The notes: generated by a model from the sequence alone, not told the origin. A stretch of DNA of 63,998 bases, filler included, from Pirum gemmata (GCA_002812295.1; 30 parts of 30 records of this genome joined end to end with filler, not necessarily neighbours in it), one strand, 5' to 3'; numbered from the whole stretch's first letter, positions 24,650-39,192 are shown. A program made the numbers and translations.

Positions 24650-26185
24650 AATGGTTGATGGTGGTTGATAGTGGTTGATGGTGGTGGTAGAAGGTAGAAG
24701 TAGAATTAGAATTAGGAGTAGCATTAATAGTAAATTATTGTTATTTAATTAAGAGAGTGCAGTGGTTGATGGTGGTTGATGGTGGTTGACGGTGGTGGTA
24801 GAAGGTAGAAGTAGAAATAGAATTAGGAGTAGTATTAATAGTAAATTATTGTTATTTAAGAGAGTGTAGGAGTATCATTAATAGCAAATTATTGTTATTT
24901 AAAAGAAAGTGTAGTGGTTGATGGTGGTTGATGGTGGTGGTAGAAGGTGTAAGTAGAAATAGAATTAGGAGTATTAATAGCATTAATATTAATAATAAAT
25001 TATTGTTATTTAATTAAGAGAGTGTAATGGTTGATGGTAGTGATAGAAGGTAGAATTAGAAATAGAATTAGGAGTAGCATTTTAATAGTAAATTATTGTT
25101 TTTTAATTAAGAGAGTGTAGGAGTAGCATTAATAGTAAATTATTGCTATTTAAGAGAATGTACTGGTTGATGGTGGTTGACGGTGGTTGATGGTGGTAGT
25201 AGAAGGTAGAAGTAGAAATAGAATTAGGAGTAGCATTAATAGTAAATTATTGTTATTTAATAAGAGAGTGTAGGAGTAGCATTAATAGTAAATTATTGTT
25301 ATTTAAGAGAGGGTGTAGTGGTTGATGGTGGTTGATAGTGGTTGATGGTGGTGGTAGAAGGTAGAAGTAGAAATAGAATTAGGAGTAGCATTTTAATATT
25401 AATATTAATAGTAAATTATTGTTATTTAAGAGTAGCATTAAATAGTAAATTATTGTTATTTTTAAAAGAGTGTAGTGGCTGATGGTGGTTGATGGTGGTT
25501 GTAGAAGGTAGAAGTAGAAATAGAATTATTAATAGGAGTAGCATTAATATTAATGGTAGAATTAGAAGTAGAAAAGGAGTAGCATTTTAATTGATAGTAA
25601 ATTGATGGTGGTTGATGGTGGTGGTAGAGGGTAGAAGTAGAAATAGAATTAGGAGTAGCATTAACAGTAAATTATTGTTATTTAAGAGAGTGTAGGAGTA
25701 GCATTAATAGTAAATTATTGTTATTTAAGAGAGTGCAGTGGTTGATGGTGGTTGATGGTGGTGGTAGAAGGTAGAAGTAGAAATAGAATTATTAATAGGA
25801 GTAGCATTAATAGTAATTATTGTTATTTAATTAATAGAGTATAGGAGTATTAATAGCATTAATATTAATAGCAAATTATTTTTAAGAGAGTGTAATAGTT
25901 GATGGTGGTTGATAGTGGTTGATGGTGGTTGATAGTGGTTGATGGTGGTGGTAGAAGGTAGAAGTACAAATAGAATTAGGAGGAGTAGCATTTTAATAGT
26001 AAATTATTGTTTTTTAAGAGAGTGTATTAATAGGAGTAGCATTAATTAATAGTAAATTATTGTTAACGTTATTTATAAGAGAATGTAGTGGTTGATGGTG
26101 GTGGTAGAAGGTTGAAGTAGAAATAGAATTAGGAGTAGCATTTTAATATTAATAGTAATTTAAATTATTATTATTTAAGAGAGTT
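24650..26185. repeat. Composite minisatellite (~100-150-bp units)
   Basis: (GGTTGATGGT)n-GGTAGAAGGTAGAAGTAGAAATAGAATTAGGAGTAGCATTAATAGTAAATTATTGTTATTTAAGAGAGTG repeated more than 10 times. Confidence 0.9.
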
Positions 26186-27064
26186 TATTAATAAATAATA
26201 TAAAATAAATCTCTTATTATTAATTGATATTAAAACTGATTTTTCTAATAATAATCATAAATAATATAAAATAAATCTTATTATTAATTGATATTATTTG
26301 ATTCTTTCCGGGCCTAAAAATTAATAGTAAATTAATGTATTTTTCTTTTAATTTTTTGAGTTAAAAATTATTTCATCCAATAGACTATTGGTATCAATGN
26401 NNNNNNNNNNNNNNNNNNNNNNNNNNNNNNNNNNNNNNNNNNNTTAATTAATTAANNNNNNNNNNNNNNNNNNNNNNNNNNNNNNNNNNNNNNNNNNNNT
26501 AATAATAATAATAATAATAATATTAATATAACAATGATAATTATAATAATATATTGATAATTATAACAAGGTATCATATAATAGTATATAATATACATAT
26601 TGATCTAATATATATATAATAAAAAAGTGCTCTAATTCCAATTTATTAATTGTTAAGTTTTAAGTAATATAACAATATAATATAACATTAATGTATAACT
26701 ATAGCGAAGCAACAGTATTAATAATAGCAATAATCACAACAACAATAACAATAGCAATAAAAAATATTAATATTAATTAATAATGAAACTTACTTCATTC
26801 GATCACTATTAACACCTTCACAGGTTCACTTTTTAGCCCAACATACTGGTAATAAATAATGAAATTTTCCAAACCAAAACCAAAATATTAATACTACCAA
26901 AACCTACCAAAACTATTACTAGACCAAAACTACCATAATTATTATATATATATGATAATTATATACAAAAAAACAACCTTGAGGTTTTTTTCCTCCCATC
27001 TTTCAGACCATTTCTAAAGTAATTTATATGATAAATAATAATAATAAGTATAAAAATAAATAGT

Positions 27065-27108
<44 letters not shown>

Positions 27109-28987
27109 TTTAAAAGCCTACATCCTATTTCAATTCGAGCAACTATTCATGGGTTCATAAAAAAATATTGAAATGAAAATCAAATCGGGCTGATAAGAAA
27201 TCTTCGCATTTTCCGCGGGCTCAATTAAAAAGTAATAAAAGGGTTAGGTTCTCAACTTTTTAGATTTTTCTTTATTTTTGTTGTAAAAAAGTAAAAGAGT
27301 TTTTTTTTTTTTTTTTTTTGTGTTTTTTTGTTTTTATTTTTTTTTTTTTTCGAGTGTTCTAGTCTATATTATTTTTTTTAAAAAAAAACTATTCCATTTC
27401 GTATTTACAAACAAATGGATCTCATTTGTGATAATATACTATATATAGATGCCCCTAATCCTAATCCTAACCCTAATCCTAATCCTAACCCTAACCCTAA
27501 CCCTAACACTCCCTAACCCTAACCCTAACTCTACAGGCAAACTCTTTTCCACATTGTTTTGCGAGGATCATTCTCTTAAATATCAATAATTGAAATTGAA
27601 CAAGATTCAGAAGTTATAATTATTCAGAAAATCATTAATAAACAATACCATAAACAATAAACAATAAACAATAAACAATAAACAGTAAACAATAAACAAT
27701 AAACAATAAACAATAAACAATAAACAATAAANNNNNNNNNNNNNNNNNNNNNNNNNNNNNNNNNNNNNNNNNNNNNNNNNNNNNNNNNNNNNNNNNNNNN
27801 NNNNNNNNNNNNNNNNNNNNNNNNNNNNNNNNNNNNNNNNNNNNNNNNNNNNNNNNNNNNNNNNNNNNNNNNNNNNNNNNNNNNNNNNNNNNNNNNNNNN
27901 NNNNNNNNNNNNNNNNNNNNNNNNNNNNNNNNNNNNNNNNNNNNNNNNNNNNNNNAAACAATAAACAATAAACAATAAACAATAAACAATAAACAATAAA
28001 CAATAAACAATAAACAATAAACAATAAAACAATAAACAATAAACAATAAACAATAAAGAATAAACAATGAACAATAAATAAATAATTAAAATAAACAATA
28101 TTAATAAACAATATTTAATAAACAATAAACAATAAACAAATAAACAATAAACAATAAACAATAAATAAACAAACAATAATAAACAAACAATAAACAATAA
28201 ACAATAAACAATAAACAATAAACAATAAATAAATAAATAATCAACAATAAACAATATTTCATTGTTTCATTATTTTCTTGTTTTGTTGTATTATTATTTT
28301 ATTATTTAATACATTGGTTCTTTTATTCTCCTATTTTTATTGTTTTTTGATTATGTTTTATTGTATTATTGTAGTATTGTAGTATTGTAGTATTGTAGTA
28401 TTGTAGACTAAAAACTAAAAACTAAAAAAAACTTAATACTAATACTAATACTAATACTAATACTNNNNNNNNNNNNNNNNNNNNNNNNNNNNNNNNNNNN
28501 NNNNNNNNTTAATTAATTAANNNNNNNNNNNNNNNNNNNNNNNNNNNNNNNNNNNNNNNNNNNNAATAATAATAATATAATAATAATAATAACTGTGATT
28601 TTATTTTTTATTTTTTTAAAATAATGAAGTTCTCGCAAAAAATAATTATTACATTTATTACCAGTTCAAATACGTCACGTCAAGGTGTAGGTAGGTGGGT
28701 GGTATTTGACCGGAAATTGACTTCGAGGGGTAGGTAGGTAGGGGTATTTGAAGCTGTATTTGGCCAGAAATTGGCGTTAAGTAGTACCCGGTATTTGAAC
28801 TCTCCCTTATTATAAAAAATTTAACAAGGTTTCTATTTTTGGCCTTTTTTTTTAACAGCGGTTAATAGCCTCTCCCTAAAAATCAAATCATCAAAATAGC
28901 CAGTTTGAAATAGCGTTAGCAAATAATATGACGTTCCCTTTTACCATAATTACACCAGTATTACACCTCTCCGACAAAGTCAAGCTA

Positions 28988-29774
28988 TACTACTAGCTAC
29001 TACTACTACTATTATCATACTACTACTACTAACTACTACCACTACTACTAACTAACTACTACCACTACTACTAACTAACTACTACCACTACGTACGTATA
29101 CTACTAACTACTACTATTAGTACTACTAGTACAACTATAGCTACTAACTACTACTACTACTATCACTACTATTACTAACTACTGTTAATACTATTCCTAC
29201 TAGTACTAACTACTACTTCTACTAACTACTACTGCTATTACTACTACTACTAGCTACTACTACTACTACTACTACTACTATCATACTACTACTACTATGA
29301 TACTACTACTGCTATCTAACTACTACTACTAATACCAACTACTACCACTTTATGTAGCTACTAACTACTACTACCAATACTACTATTACTAACTACTATT
29401 AACACTAATACTACTATTACTAACTACTACTTCTACTAACTACTACTACTAACTACTACTACTACTACTAGCTACTACTACTACTATTAGCTTACTACTA
29501 CTACTATGATACAACTATGATACTACTACTACTAACTAACCACTACTACTACTACTAACTAACCACTACTACTACTACTAACTAACCACTACTACTACTA
29601 CTAACTACTACTACTACTATGCATATGGCTATTAATATAACTACTACTCTACTAATACTACTATTATTCAATACTAACTACCACATAATATTATATACTA
29701 ATACTACTATTACCAACTACTACTTCTATTAACTACTACTACTATTACTACTACTGCTACTACTACTATTACTA

Positions 29775-29822
<48 letters not shown>

Positions 29823-30000
29823 AGCTACTATGAATACTATATACCTACTACTACTACTACTACTACCACTACTACTACTACTACTACTACTATGACTACT
29901 ACTACTTCTTCTACTACTATATATTACCACTACCACCACCACCACAACTACTACTACCACCACCACCACCACCACCACCACCACCACTATTACCACTACT
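28988..30000. repeat. Degenerate (CTA)n/(CCA)n microsatellite
   Basis: Direct inspection. Confidence 0.9.
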
Positions 30001-31166
30001 CCTATTAATACTACTACGAGATTACTCCTACTAGTCCTATTGCATCACCAACACCATCACTACCTTTCACCACCACCACCACTACTACTCCACCGCCACC
30101 ACTACACTCTACAACAACGACTAACTAATGCTACTACTAACCCCACTGCACATACGCCCCACAATTAAAATACAGTACACTGATCATGATTGTCTAACCA
30201 CTGTCTATTAGAAAACAATAGAATTTTGTATCAAGAAAGCTCAAAGTCTTTTTTTTAAAAAAAAGAGGGTCAAAGAACTGTCAAAGAACAATTTACACCA
30301 TTGAAAAACGTCATAAAATTAAAAAATTATAATAAGAAGTTAAGAACACATTGGAAAAAAAGTCTAGAGCCAATAATAATAGACTTTTCTAAAGATTATG
30401 ATTCTGGAATCTGGAATCTGAAGTCTGACTCGTTAGTTAGACACTGTTTAGACCCCTATTATAGGAGGGGTGAGAACTCTTATGGCGAACTTTTTTGACC
30501 GNNNNNNNNNNNNNNNNNNNNNNNNNNNNNNNNNNNNNNNNNNNNTTAATTAATTAANNNNNNNNNNNNNNNNNNNNNNNNNNNNNNNNNNNNNNNNNNN
30601 NAATAATAATAATAATAATAATAATGTAGTTTTTGATGTTCACTGAAAGAAAAGAATCATAAAGTTTTGCGAAAAAACAAAGCTTACTATGTAGCGATAT
30701 CATGTTTTTTAAAGTGTTGTCCAGCTCAAAAACGGAAATAAACGTACCAAATTTTTATTATGGTTAAACTATCAGACATGTTTTAATTAATTTGTTATTT
30801 TATACTTAATGTTTTATTTTATAAACAAGTTCAATTATACACTTAAACAGTACCAAATTAAAGATTGAGATAGATGATATCTTACTGAACCTATGGGCGA
30901 TGACATGCATATAGTTGACGTTTACTAGACTTTTTTTAATTTAAAAACGCCCATATCTTCCATTGTTATTGTTACTATGAAGATGATTATTAATATTAAG
31001 AAAACTATATAGTACATGACTTAATCTTTATACTTATAATAATCATCATCCTCATACATAACAACAACAGCAATGGAGATATGAGCATTTAAAGAAAGTT
31101 TAGGGGCCCAGGTCACTGCCTATATGGGTTCAAGTATAGTAAATTACACTCGATTCAAATACTCAC

Positions 31167-32180
31167 TTATAATTCCACGTAATCAAGTTCGCTAACTTTT
31201 TCAAAATCACAAATTGGATTAGTATTAAATCGATAATGCTTATTTTGAGTTTGTTGTTTTTCGGCAGAAGAAAACGGATTATACGAATATTGTTTCATAA
31301 TATGTAACCAAGGAAAGAAAATAGAATATTCAATATCAAAATCGGTATTAATTGGCCCAAACCTGAACAATTCTGCATTTGCAGGATCAGCTTGCATCGG
31401 AAGAATCGAAAATGTAAAAGGCATTGGACCTGTAGTTTCTAATACCCCCCAAAACCCAACACCGCTGTTTTCGTCGTAATTTCTAATATTAGTCAATACT
31501 TGATTAATAACCTTTTTCAAAAAAGGATGTTTTGGGCGAGCAACAATATTCCATTGGCATAATTCACCAAACTTATTATCATACATACGTGGGTAATGAG
31601 CGAAATTGGACCAGTGGTTAAGTAAAAATTGGTCGTCAGGTAAGATAATTTTATCAAAAGGTTTACGCACCGTTGATTTTAAATCTAAATATATTCCTCC
31701 TTCATTGTATATAACAATGTATCGGAAGAAATCGGCTTTAGCTGCACCATAAGCAGGGTCAATGGCTTGGTAATAAGGTGTAATTTCAGGAAAATGTTCA
31801 TTCAGATAAGAAATAATCATTCCTTCATCAAATAAAATATATTCATAACCAGGATTTATGGCTCGAAGGTATTCCACGTTTTCTAGCAATTCTTGATTTA
31901 AGCCACTGATACCTTTGGTGAAAATTTGAAAGATTTTTCTCGGTATTTTATTAACTGTTGTGGATGGTTGGGTGTCAGGGTAATAACAAAAGGGTTCCCC
32001 TTGTTTAGGACTTGGGTCATAAATACATTTTTTCTTATATCTGCATATAGATTTTGATTGTGTGTAATATTCAAAATGGCTGGTACTTTCGTAAGGAAAG
32101 CAGTCTACTTTTTGAAAAGCAGAAACAAAAGTTGAAGAAACTACTAATACTATAGTTAATGTTAACAAATTAGTATGCAT
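31167..32180 (-). CDS. Glycosyltransferase family 32 (DXD sugar-binding, OCH1/SUR1-like) with signal peptide and trefoil-like N-terminal module; intronless
   Basis: 337-aa ORF: hydrophobic N-terminus, KIPRKIFQ, NPGYEYILFD, GAAKADFFRY..IYNEGGIYLD, ARPKHPFLKKVI, TTGP. Confidence 0.9.
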   Translation of the reverse strand: MHTNLLTLTIVLVVSSTFVSAFQKVDCFPYESTSHFEYYTQSKSICRYKKKCIYDPSPKQGEPFCYYPDTQPSTTVNKIPRKIFQIFTKGISGLNQELLENVEYLRAINPGYEYILFDEGMIISYLNEHFPEITPYYQAIDPAYGAAKADFFRYIVIYNEGGIYLDLKSTVRKPFDKIILPDDQFLLNHWSNFAHYPRMYDNKFGELCQWNIVARPKHPFLKKVINQVLTNIRNYDENSGVGFWGVLETTGPMPFTFSILPMQADPANAELFRFGPINTDFDIEYSIFFPWLHIMKQYSYNPFSSAEKQQTQNKHYRFNTNPICDFEKVSELDYVEL

Positions 32181-32265
32181 GGTTAAGTGCTTTTTAATTT
32201 TAAAAGTCCAGTTTGTTTGTTTTTTTAGTTTATGTTATGTTATCTATTTATTTACTTATTTATTT

Positions 32266-32296
<31 letters not shown>

Positions 32297-32856
32297 ATGC
32301 AATATAAATCCATTTAATTTAATTTGGTATTTTTATTAATAATCATCTTTTTATTTATGTAAAAATGTCAATTTAAAGGTTATAACCCCCAAATAAATAT
32401 TCAGAGTGACAAAATAAAATGAATAACACTATGTTTTATTATATATACGACCACCATTAATTTTTACAATTTCCATTTATCCGTGTCATTACTTTCATAG
32501 GCCGATTTTCAATAATCATGTTACTATATATTATTATTATTATTATTATNNNNNNNNNNNNNNNNNNNNNNNNNNNNNNNNNNNNNNNNNNNNTTAATTA
32601 ATTAANNNNNNNNNNNNNNNNNNNNNNNNNNNNNNNNNNNNNNNNNNNNTTTATTATTTATTTATTATTATTATATCAGTATATCTTTCTTTTTCCTTTT
32701 TTTTGTTATTGTTTTTTGACTTGTTTGTTTAAAGAATAACATAATAAAAGTAACAATTATAACAATTATAAAACCCCCAAATGAAAATATTTTAAAAATG
32801 AATGGCGAAGAGTCCCTTAATATTATAAAAAAGAATAATTCAGAAAAATAACCAAA

Positions 32857-34548
32857 ATGACACGGTTTTTTTTATTTCTCATATCACTGTGTGCTTCTTT
32901 TTTTTTATTTCCAGCTTTTACTGCTCAATTTGTTGCTAACGACACACCTCCTGGCCCTAATGATTGTATTTGTGATGATTTTTTTACAGTCGTATCTCAT
33001 TCCAAAATAAACCAACCTAATAGTAAGTTACATGTATTGACCAGAAACGGAAACACCAATTCTTCTCACTGTATAACTATTAGTTGTGACAATTTGTTAT
33101 TTCAAGCTATTGGTAGACATGCTTTTCTTGGCTTTGAAAATTTAGAAAAACTTTCTTTGCAAGGTGGCAACCTTGTTGAGTTAGCAGCTGACAGTTTTTT
33201 CAATTTAACTAAACTGAAAGAACTCAATCTTGGTGGGAATAGGATAAAATCATTAAGCTCACAAAGAAGTTTCGAACCTGCTCTTACTGAAAACGAAAAG
33301 AATACAAGTGTTTTCATTAATATACCTACCTTGGAATATCTTCGATTGGCACAAAATGCTATAAGCAATCCGAAGCCCTATGTGTTTTCACCGTTAACCA
33401 ACTTAACTGATTTGATTTTCATTTACAATAACCTCACGCAAGTACCTTATATTAATGGTTTGCAGCAGTTAAGCTTTTTGCGTTTAGATTACAATCGAAT
33501 TTCTACCTTAGACAGTAATTCCCTTTCACTAAATGGCTTGAAAACGCTAGTTTTGTCATTTAATAGTTTTGAAGTTATTCAGAACGATAGCTTTGTTGGA
33601 ATGCCCAGTTTGAGTGCTATTGATCTATCTCGGAACCGGATTTCAATTATGGGGGCGAATGCTTTTAATAAGTTAGATAACTTGAAGCGCATTAATTTAA
33701 GTGTCAATTATTTACGGGAATTTCCTACTACTTTGAATCATGTATTTGACAAAGGTCTCACTACGGATGTTTTCCATTTAGATTTAGCTGACAATCCACT
33801 AGCTATGATGAATTTAACCTCTAGTTTTGTTGACTTTTTAAAGACTATGGAAAGTAGAATAACATCAACGGCTAGTGAAAATCAAAATTATACTGTAAAT
33901 TTGGAATTTCCTAATTGTTGTTCAACCCCTAGCATGCTTTTCTACGAGATAGCCAAAACAGTAGGTGCTAGTTCAACATGTCTTAAACCTACAGACAACT
34001 CTGGAACTACACATTCTATCGATAAAATACGTTATTCTCAATTTAGTACTAGCAAATGTTTAGCGTTCAAGGGCAGTTGTGACAATCAAACTTTTCATTA
34101 TTATGACGGTATATCAGGCACCTGTGTTAACGATAAATTAGCCTGTGAAATCAAATTTGGTAATTTTTCGTATTTCAACGAAACTCAAAACAATGGACAA
34201 GGTGTTTGTCACAATTTAGAAATTGATTGTAAGAGTAAAAGTCAATTTAATGTCTTTAATACCACCACTACAAAATGTTCTTTAAACGAAACCTTAGCTG
34301 TTCAGAGCTGTAATCAGAGAACTATTGATCACGGGCAGCTTCATGTATACGATCCTGTGTCACAAGAATGTGTAAAACAAGCTACTGCATCAACTAATGA
34401 TGAAAAAATAACTAATATTGCCATAATTGTTGGCTGTGTTGCATCTGTATTGCTTATTATTGGTGTAGTACTTGGCGTATGGTACTATCGTTATTACCGA
34501 AGGAAAATGGAACAAAAGGATTTGCTCAATGGCTTGACCCCTGAAGAA
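32857..34548 (+). CDS. Exon 1 of an LRR single-pass receptor (cytoplasmic domain lies beyond the fragment)
   Basis: Signal peptide, ~8 LxxLxLxxNxI repeats, Cys-rich stalk, TM IAIIVGCVASVLLIIGVVLGVWYY, basic RRK, donor GAA|GTAAGT at 34548/34549. Confidence 0.9.
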
Positions 34549-34818
34549 GTAAGTACCTTGTTTTATTATTGTTATTAATGTTGATATTATTTATTAGTAT
34601 TAGTATTAGTAATAGTATTAGTATTAGTANNNNNNNNNNNNNNNNNNNNNNNNNNNNNNNNNNNNNNNNNNNNTTAATTAATTAANNNNNNNNNNNNNNN
34701 NNNNNNNNNNNNNNNNNNNNNNNNNNNNNTTATATTATTATTATTAATACATACATGCATACATACATACATACTTACATACATACATGCCTATATATAT
34801 ATATATTATTATTATAGT

Positions 34819-35788
34819 TTTAGAAAAAGATTGTTATAATGATAACAACTCTCCTTATACTATTATTTTTGGAATAAAGTCAAACGAAAACAGAATTAAA
34901 GTAGCAAAAGCTAAAGAAGAAGAGTACCAACAACGTATTGATTTATTACACGAAGCTCTCTATACTATGGTTAATGACAAAGATAACATGGAAACCCAAC
35001 AAAATAGTTATTACTTTTTAAAAGAAATACTTACACAAACCATTGAAAAAATTAACGAACTCGATCCAACTCGATCAGCAAATCCAACTGAAAATAACAC
35101 TACTATCACCGCCAACGCTAATAAAATAAGTAATATTGACACAAATATTGACAATAATAACAGTAACAGCAACCTTAATAACAACAACAACAATATTAAT
35201 AATAATAACAACAATAATAATAACAACACCACCACCAATACCAGTGCTAACAATATTTCCAATACCAATACCACCACCAACAACAACAACGGCAATAAAA
35301 ATACTAATAGCAACAACAGCAGTTCTACAACTCTTAATAGCACGAGTATTACAGCAACAACATCACAACCTAACAACAACAACAGCAGCAACAACAATAA
35401 CAACAACAACAGCAGCAGCAGCAGCAACAACATTAATAATAACTGTAAAATTAATAACAACAACAATAATAACAATAATACTAGTATTAGTAATAGTATT
35501 AATACTATTTCTACTATAGAAACCAAAGAGCCTAAGATTAGTAGTAATAGTATTTGTTTAAGGTATATGAAGGATATAGATGACCTTTTACAACGGGTTG
35601 ACGAAGAATATAACTTAAATGGCAACAAAATGATAGCTTTAGAAAACGAAATTCAGAATTTTAAAGCTCGAAGTCAAAATTTGATCGAGGCCACTTCAAG
35701 CTTAAAAAAGAAAATTATTTTTTATGAGAAAGAAAACGTGGCTTTAAGGTTTGCAGCGGAAAATTTTAATTCTATTTCAAAATTTTAA
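34819..35788 (+). CDS. Terminal exon, Asn-rich coiled-coil protein
   Basis: Long open frame with coiled-coil segments either side of an Asn/Thr/Ser tract. Acceptor TAG at ~34818 (approximate). Confidence 0.65.
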
Positions 35789-36019
35789 TTCTATTTTCAA
35801 AATTTTAACATGTAATGTTTTAGATTCGTTTCGGTTAGGGTTGGGTTAAGGTTAGAGCTATGGTTAGGGGTTAGGGGTTAGGGGTTAGGGTTAGGGTTAG
35901 GGTTAGGGGTTAGGGGTTAGGGTTAATATTCGGTTAGGGTTGGGTTAGGGTTAGAGCTAGGGTTAGGGTTAGGAGTTAGGAGTTAGGGTTAGGGTTAGGG
36001 GTTAGGGGTTAGGGGTTAG

Positions 36020-36570
36020 GGTTAATATTCTCGAATGTTTTGGTTTTGTTCAGTTTGAAAAATATTCTCAGAAACTTTAGGTTCGATTCGGTTCGAAAAA
36101 AAAAGAGATTGATTTTTCATTACATTTTTAGGTACAAAATTCTCTAATGGTTAGGTTCGGTTCTGTTCGAAAAATTAGGGTTAAATTATTAATTAAATTT
36201 TTAGGTACAATACTCTCGAATGTTTAGGTTCGGTTCGGTTTCGAAAAAAAAAAGGGATAACTTATTAATGAAAATTTCGTGTACAAAAATTTTCGAATGT
36301 TTAGGTTCGATTCGATTCGATTCGGCTCGAAAAAATAAGAGATTAATTGCTTATTACATTTTTTTAGGTACAAAATCCTCCAATGTTTAGGTTCGGTTCG
36401 GTTCGAAAAATAAGGGTTAAATTATTAATTAAAATTGTAGGTACAAAATACAATCGAATATGTAGGTTCGGTTCGGTTCAGTTTTGAAAATAAGGGATAA
36501 ATTATCAATGAAATTTTTATGTACAATACTCTCGAATATTTAGGTTCGGTTCGGTTCTAAAAATAAGGGT
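36020..36570. repeat. ~60-bp tandem repeat containing (GGTTC)n
   Basis: GAATGTTTAGGTTCGGTTCGGTTCGAAAAATAAGGG...TTTTAGGTACAA repeated about 9 times. Confidence 0.85.
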
Positions 36571-39156
36571 GAGGGTGAGGGTTAGGCCCAAAATATTTAA
36601 AAAGTGCGATGTAATAATCAATGAATGATTAGGCATTCATGGTTTTGCAGCTTTTTTTAATAGGGTTTTAAGGTTAGGGTTAGGGTTAGGGTTAGGNNNN
36701 NNNNNNNNNNNNNNNNNNNNNNNNNNNNNNNNNNNNNNNNTTAATTAATTAANNNNNNNNNNNNNNNNNNNNNNNNNNNNNNNNNNNNNNNNNNNNTAAC
36801 CCTAACCCTAACCCTAACCCTAACCCAGACCCTGACCCAGACCCTCTCTCACACACCCTACCATACCCCACTCACACTCACACTCACCTTTCCCACTCCC
36901 CACTCCCCCATCTCTTAACCCTAACCCTAATCCTAATCCTAATCCTAATCCTAACTAGCTTTGATCTAACCATAATCATAACCATAACTATAACCATAAT
37001 CATAACCATAACCATAACCATATTCATAACCATAAAACTCTTTAAACTAAACATGTTTATTTTATTTATATTTACAATAAATGAATTATTCGGAGTACAA
37101 TATAATACAAATCCATTTCATTTAATTTGATATATTTTATTATCTATTTATTCATTTAAAAATGTTAGCTTATTAAATTATAACCAACCAAATAAATATT
37201 CAAAGTGCCAAAATAAATGAAAAGCACTTTAATTAATTAAGACAAGGAATATGTAAAAACACAAAGACATTGATTTTTTAATTCCGCCCTGTTTGAAAAG
37301 TGCTGGAGCTACAGCCCAAGAACAGAAAAATAATCATATTCATTTTCAGATCAGCCATAATGACGATTCATTTTCATTTTCAGAGAAAATGTTATTACCC
37401 TGGACATGTCAAAACGCTTTGGATCTCGGAATGTTTGGTTCCGACAGTAACCCTGGTTGCAGTGCTAAAGTATGTAAAAAACCTAGTGATTACCCGCCAA
37501 CTGGTTTAGGAGAACGTTACCGAGGGTATGGATTAAACCCATTCAGTTCGAAGCCTCATGTTTGTTCTGGTGGTAAGGTACAAGAAAGTTATTTTTCCAC
37601 AAAAGACGAGCTGATAAATTAAAACTTTATGCGCAATATGCACCTATTCCATTTGTTGCTATTCCAGATGGGATGATGGTAATTATGAATAAGGCAGCTA
37701 TTGGTGAGAAAATACAAACAAGATTTGTATTAATATCTCGAGTTACAGAAAAAAACTTGCTAGGATTCAAAAATAACGCAACTGGTGCTTTGAAACCATA
37801 GTGGAAGTGACTTTAAAATTCCACCTAATAATGACTCTGTTAATGTTGCTGTCAACTCGTTATTGATTAGTATGGCTGTATTATCAAGAAATTTTTTTGT
37901 AATTTTACATTAGACAAACATAAAAACAACAAAAAATTTAAAATTTCTACTTTTTCTTTTTTAAAACTTTTCAGACCAAAAATAAAATAAATTATTAATA
38001 TAATTTTTATTTTTTCTTTTAACTTTTTAGACCAAAAGTACAACAGACTTGCAATACAAAGACTTTTAATTAATGTATCGTGCTTTTCATTTATTTTGTC
38101 ATTTGGAATATTTATTTGGAGGGTTATAATCTTTAAATTGACATTTTTTAAATCAATAAATAGATAATAAATTATACCTAATTAAATTAAATGGATTTAT
38201 ATTGTATTAATTTCGTGCTATTTATTGTGTATTTTCTGACGACAAAATAACTGAAAAGCACTATACACTCAAATATTAGTGGAATAGTAAAAGTATTATT
38301 AACTATTATATTAAACAATGGTAATTAAAATCAAAGTCTTTGTGTATAAGTTCGGCATGCCACGTGCACATTGTGTCAAATGCTTTTTCGCAGTGTTTTT
38401 TCTATATCTAATAACATGACCAGGAAAAATTGTTGTTGTTGTTTAATTTTTGATTTTAGGGTTAGGGTTAGTTTTTATAAAAGTCCTGTATGCCATGTTT
38501 TGTCAAATGCTTTTTCTATATCTTATATTAATAGCATGACCAGGAAAATTTGTTGTTGTTGTTTAATTTTTGATTTTTGGTTGATGACTAGTACTGTTGA
38601 TGATATATTGTCTTTCGTGTATGTTTCGAAATAAGATATCCCTTGTTTGTCTTTTTGCTAGAAATCCAGATTGATTGTCGCTAATTATTTTGTTGTCATT
38701 TAATTAAGGTGTTTCAGTTTTTCTAGTATCTTCGATAGCGTTTATAATAATAATAATAATAANNNNNNNNNNNNNNNNNNNNNNNNNNNNNNNNNNNNNN
38801 NNNNNNTTAATTAATTAANNNNNNNNNNNNNNNNNNNNNNNNNNNNNNNNNNNNNNNNNNNNGTTATCATTGTATAATGTTGTTAACTTTTGTTTGCTAT
38901 TGTTTTGTAACTGTTTTATATGCAATAGTTGTTATAAGTACTACCTTAATCGAAACCATAATCGTAGCCATAGCTGTAATCCTAACCCTAACCATAATAA
39001 TAATAATAAAAATAAAAATAATAAAAATAATAAAATAATAATATATAATATATATAACAACAAAACTGTATTTTAATTTTTTATTGAAAAGGTATGTATA
39101 AAACAAAAAATAATTCTTTGTTGATAATGCTAGTTACTATCATATTAAAATAAAAA

Positions 39157-39192
<36 letters not shown>

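Noticed and set aside
26790..27610. Small exon-like segments (MGGKKPQ|GT on minus; AG-flanked piece at 27538 on plus)
   Set aside because: All joined frames hit stops quickly. They may be UTR exons but cannot be supported as CDS.
37293..37800. Cys-containing 109-aa ORF and downstream frame
   Set aside because: No ATG start, clear splice sites or recognisable motif. Possibly a pseudogene, but unsupported.
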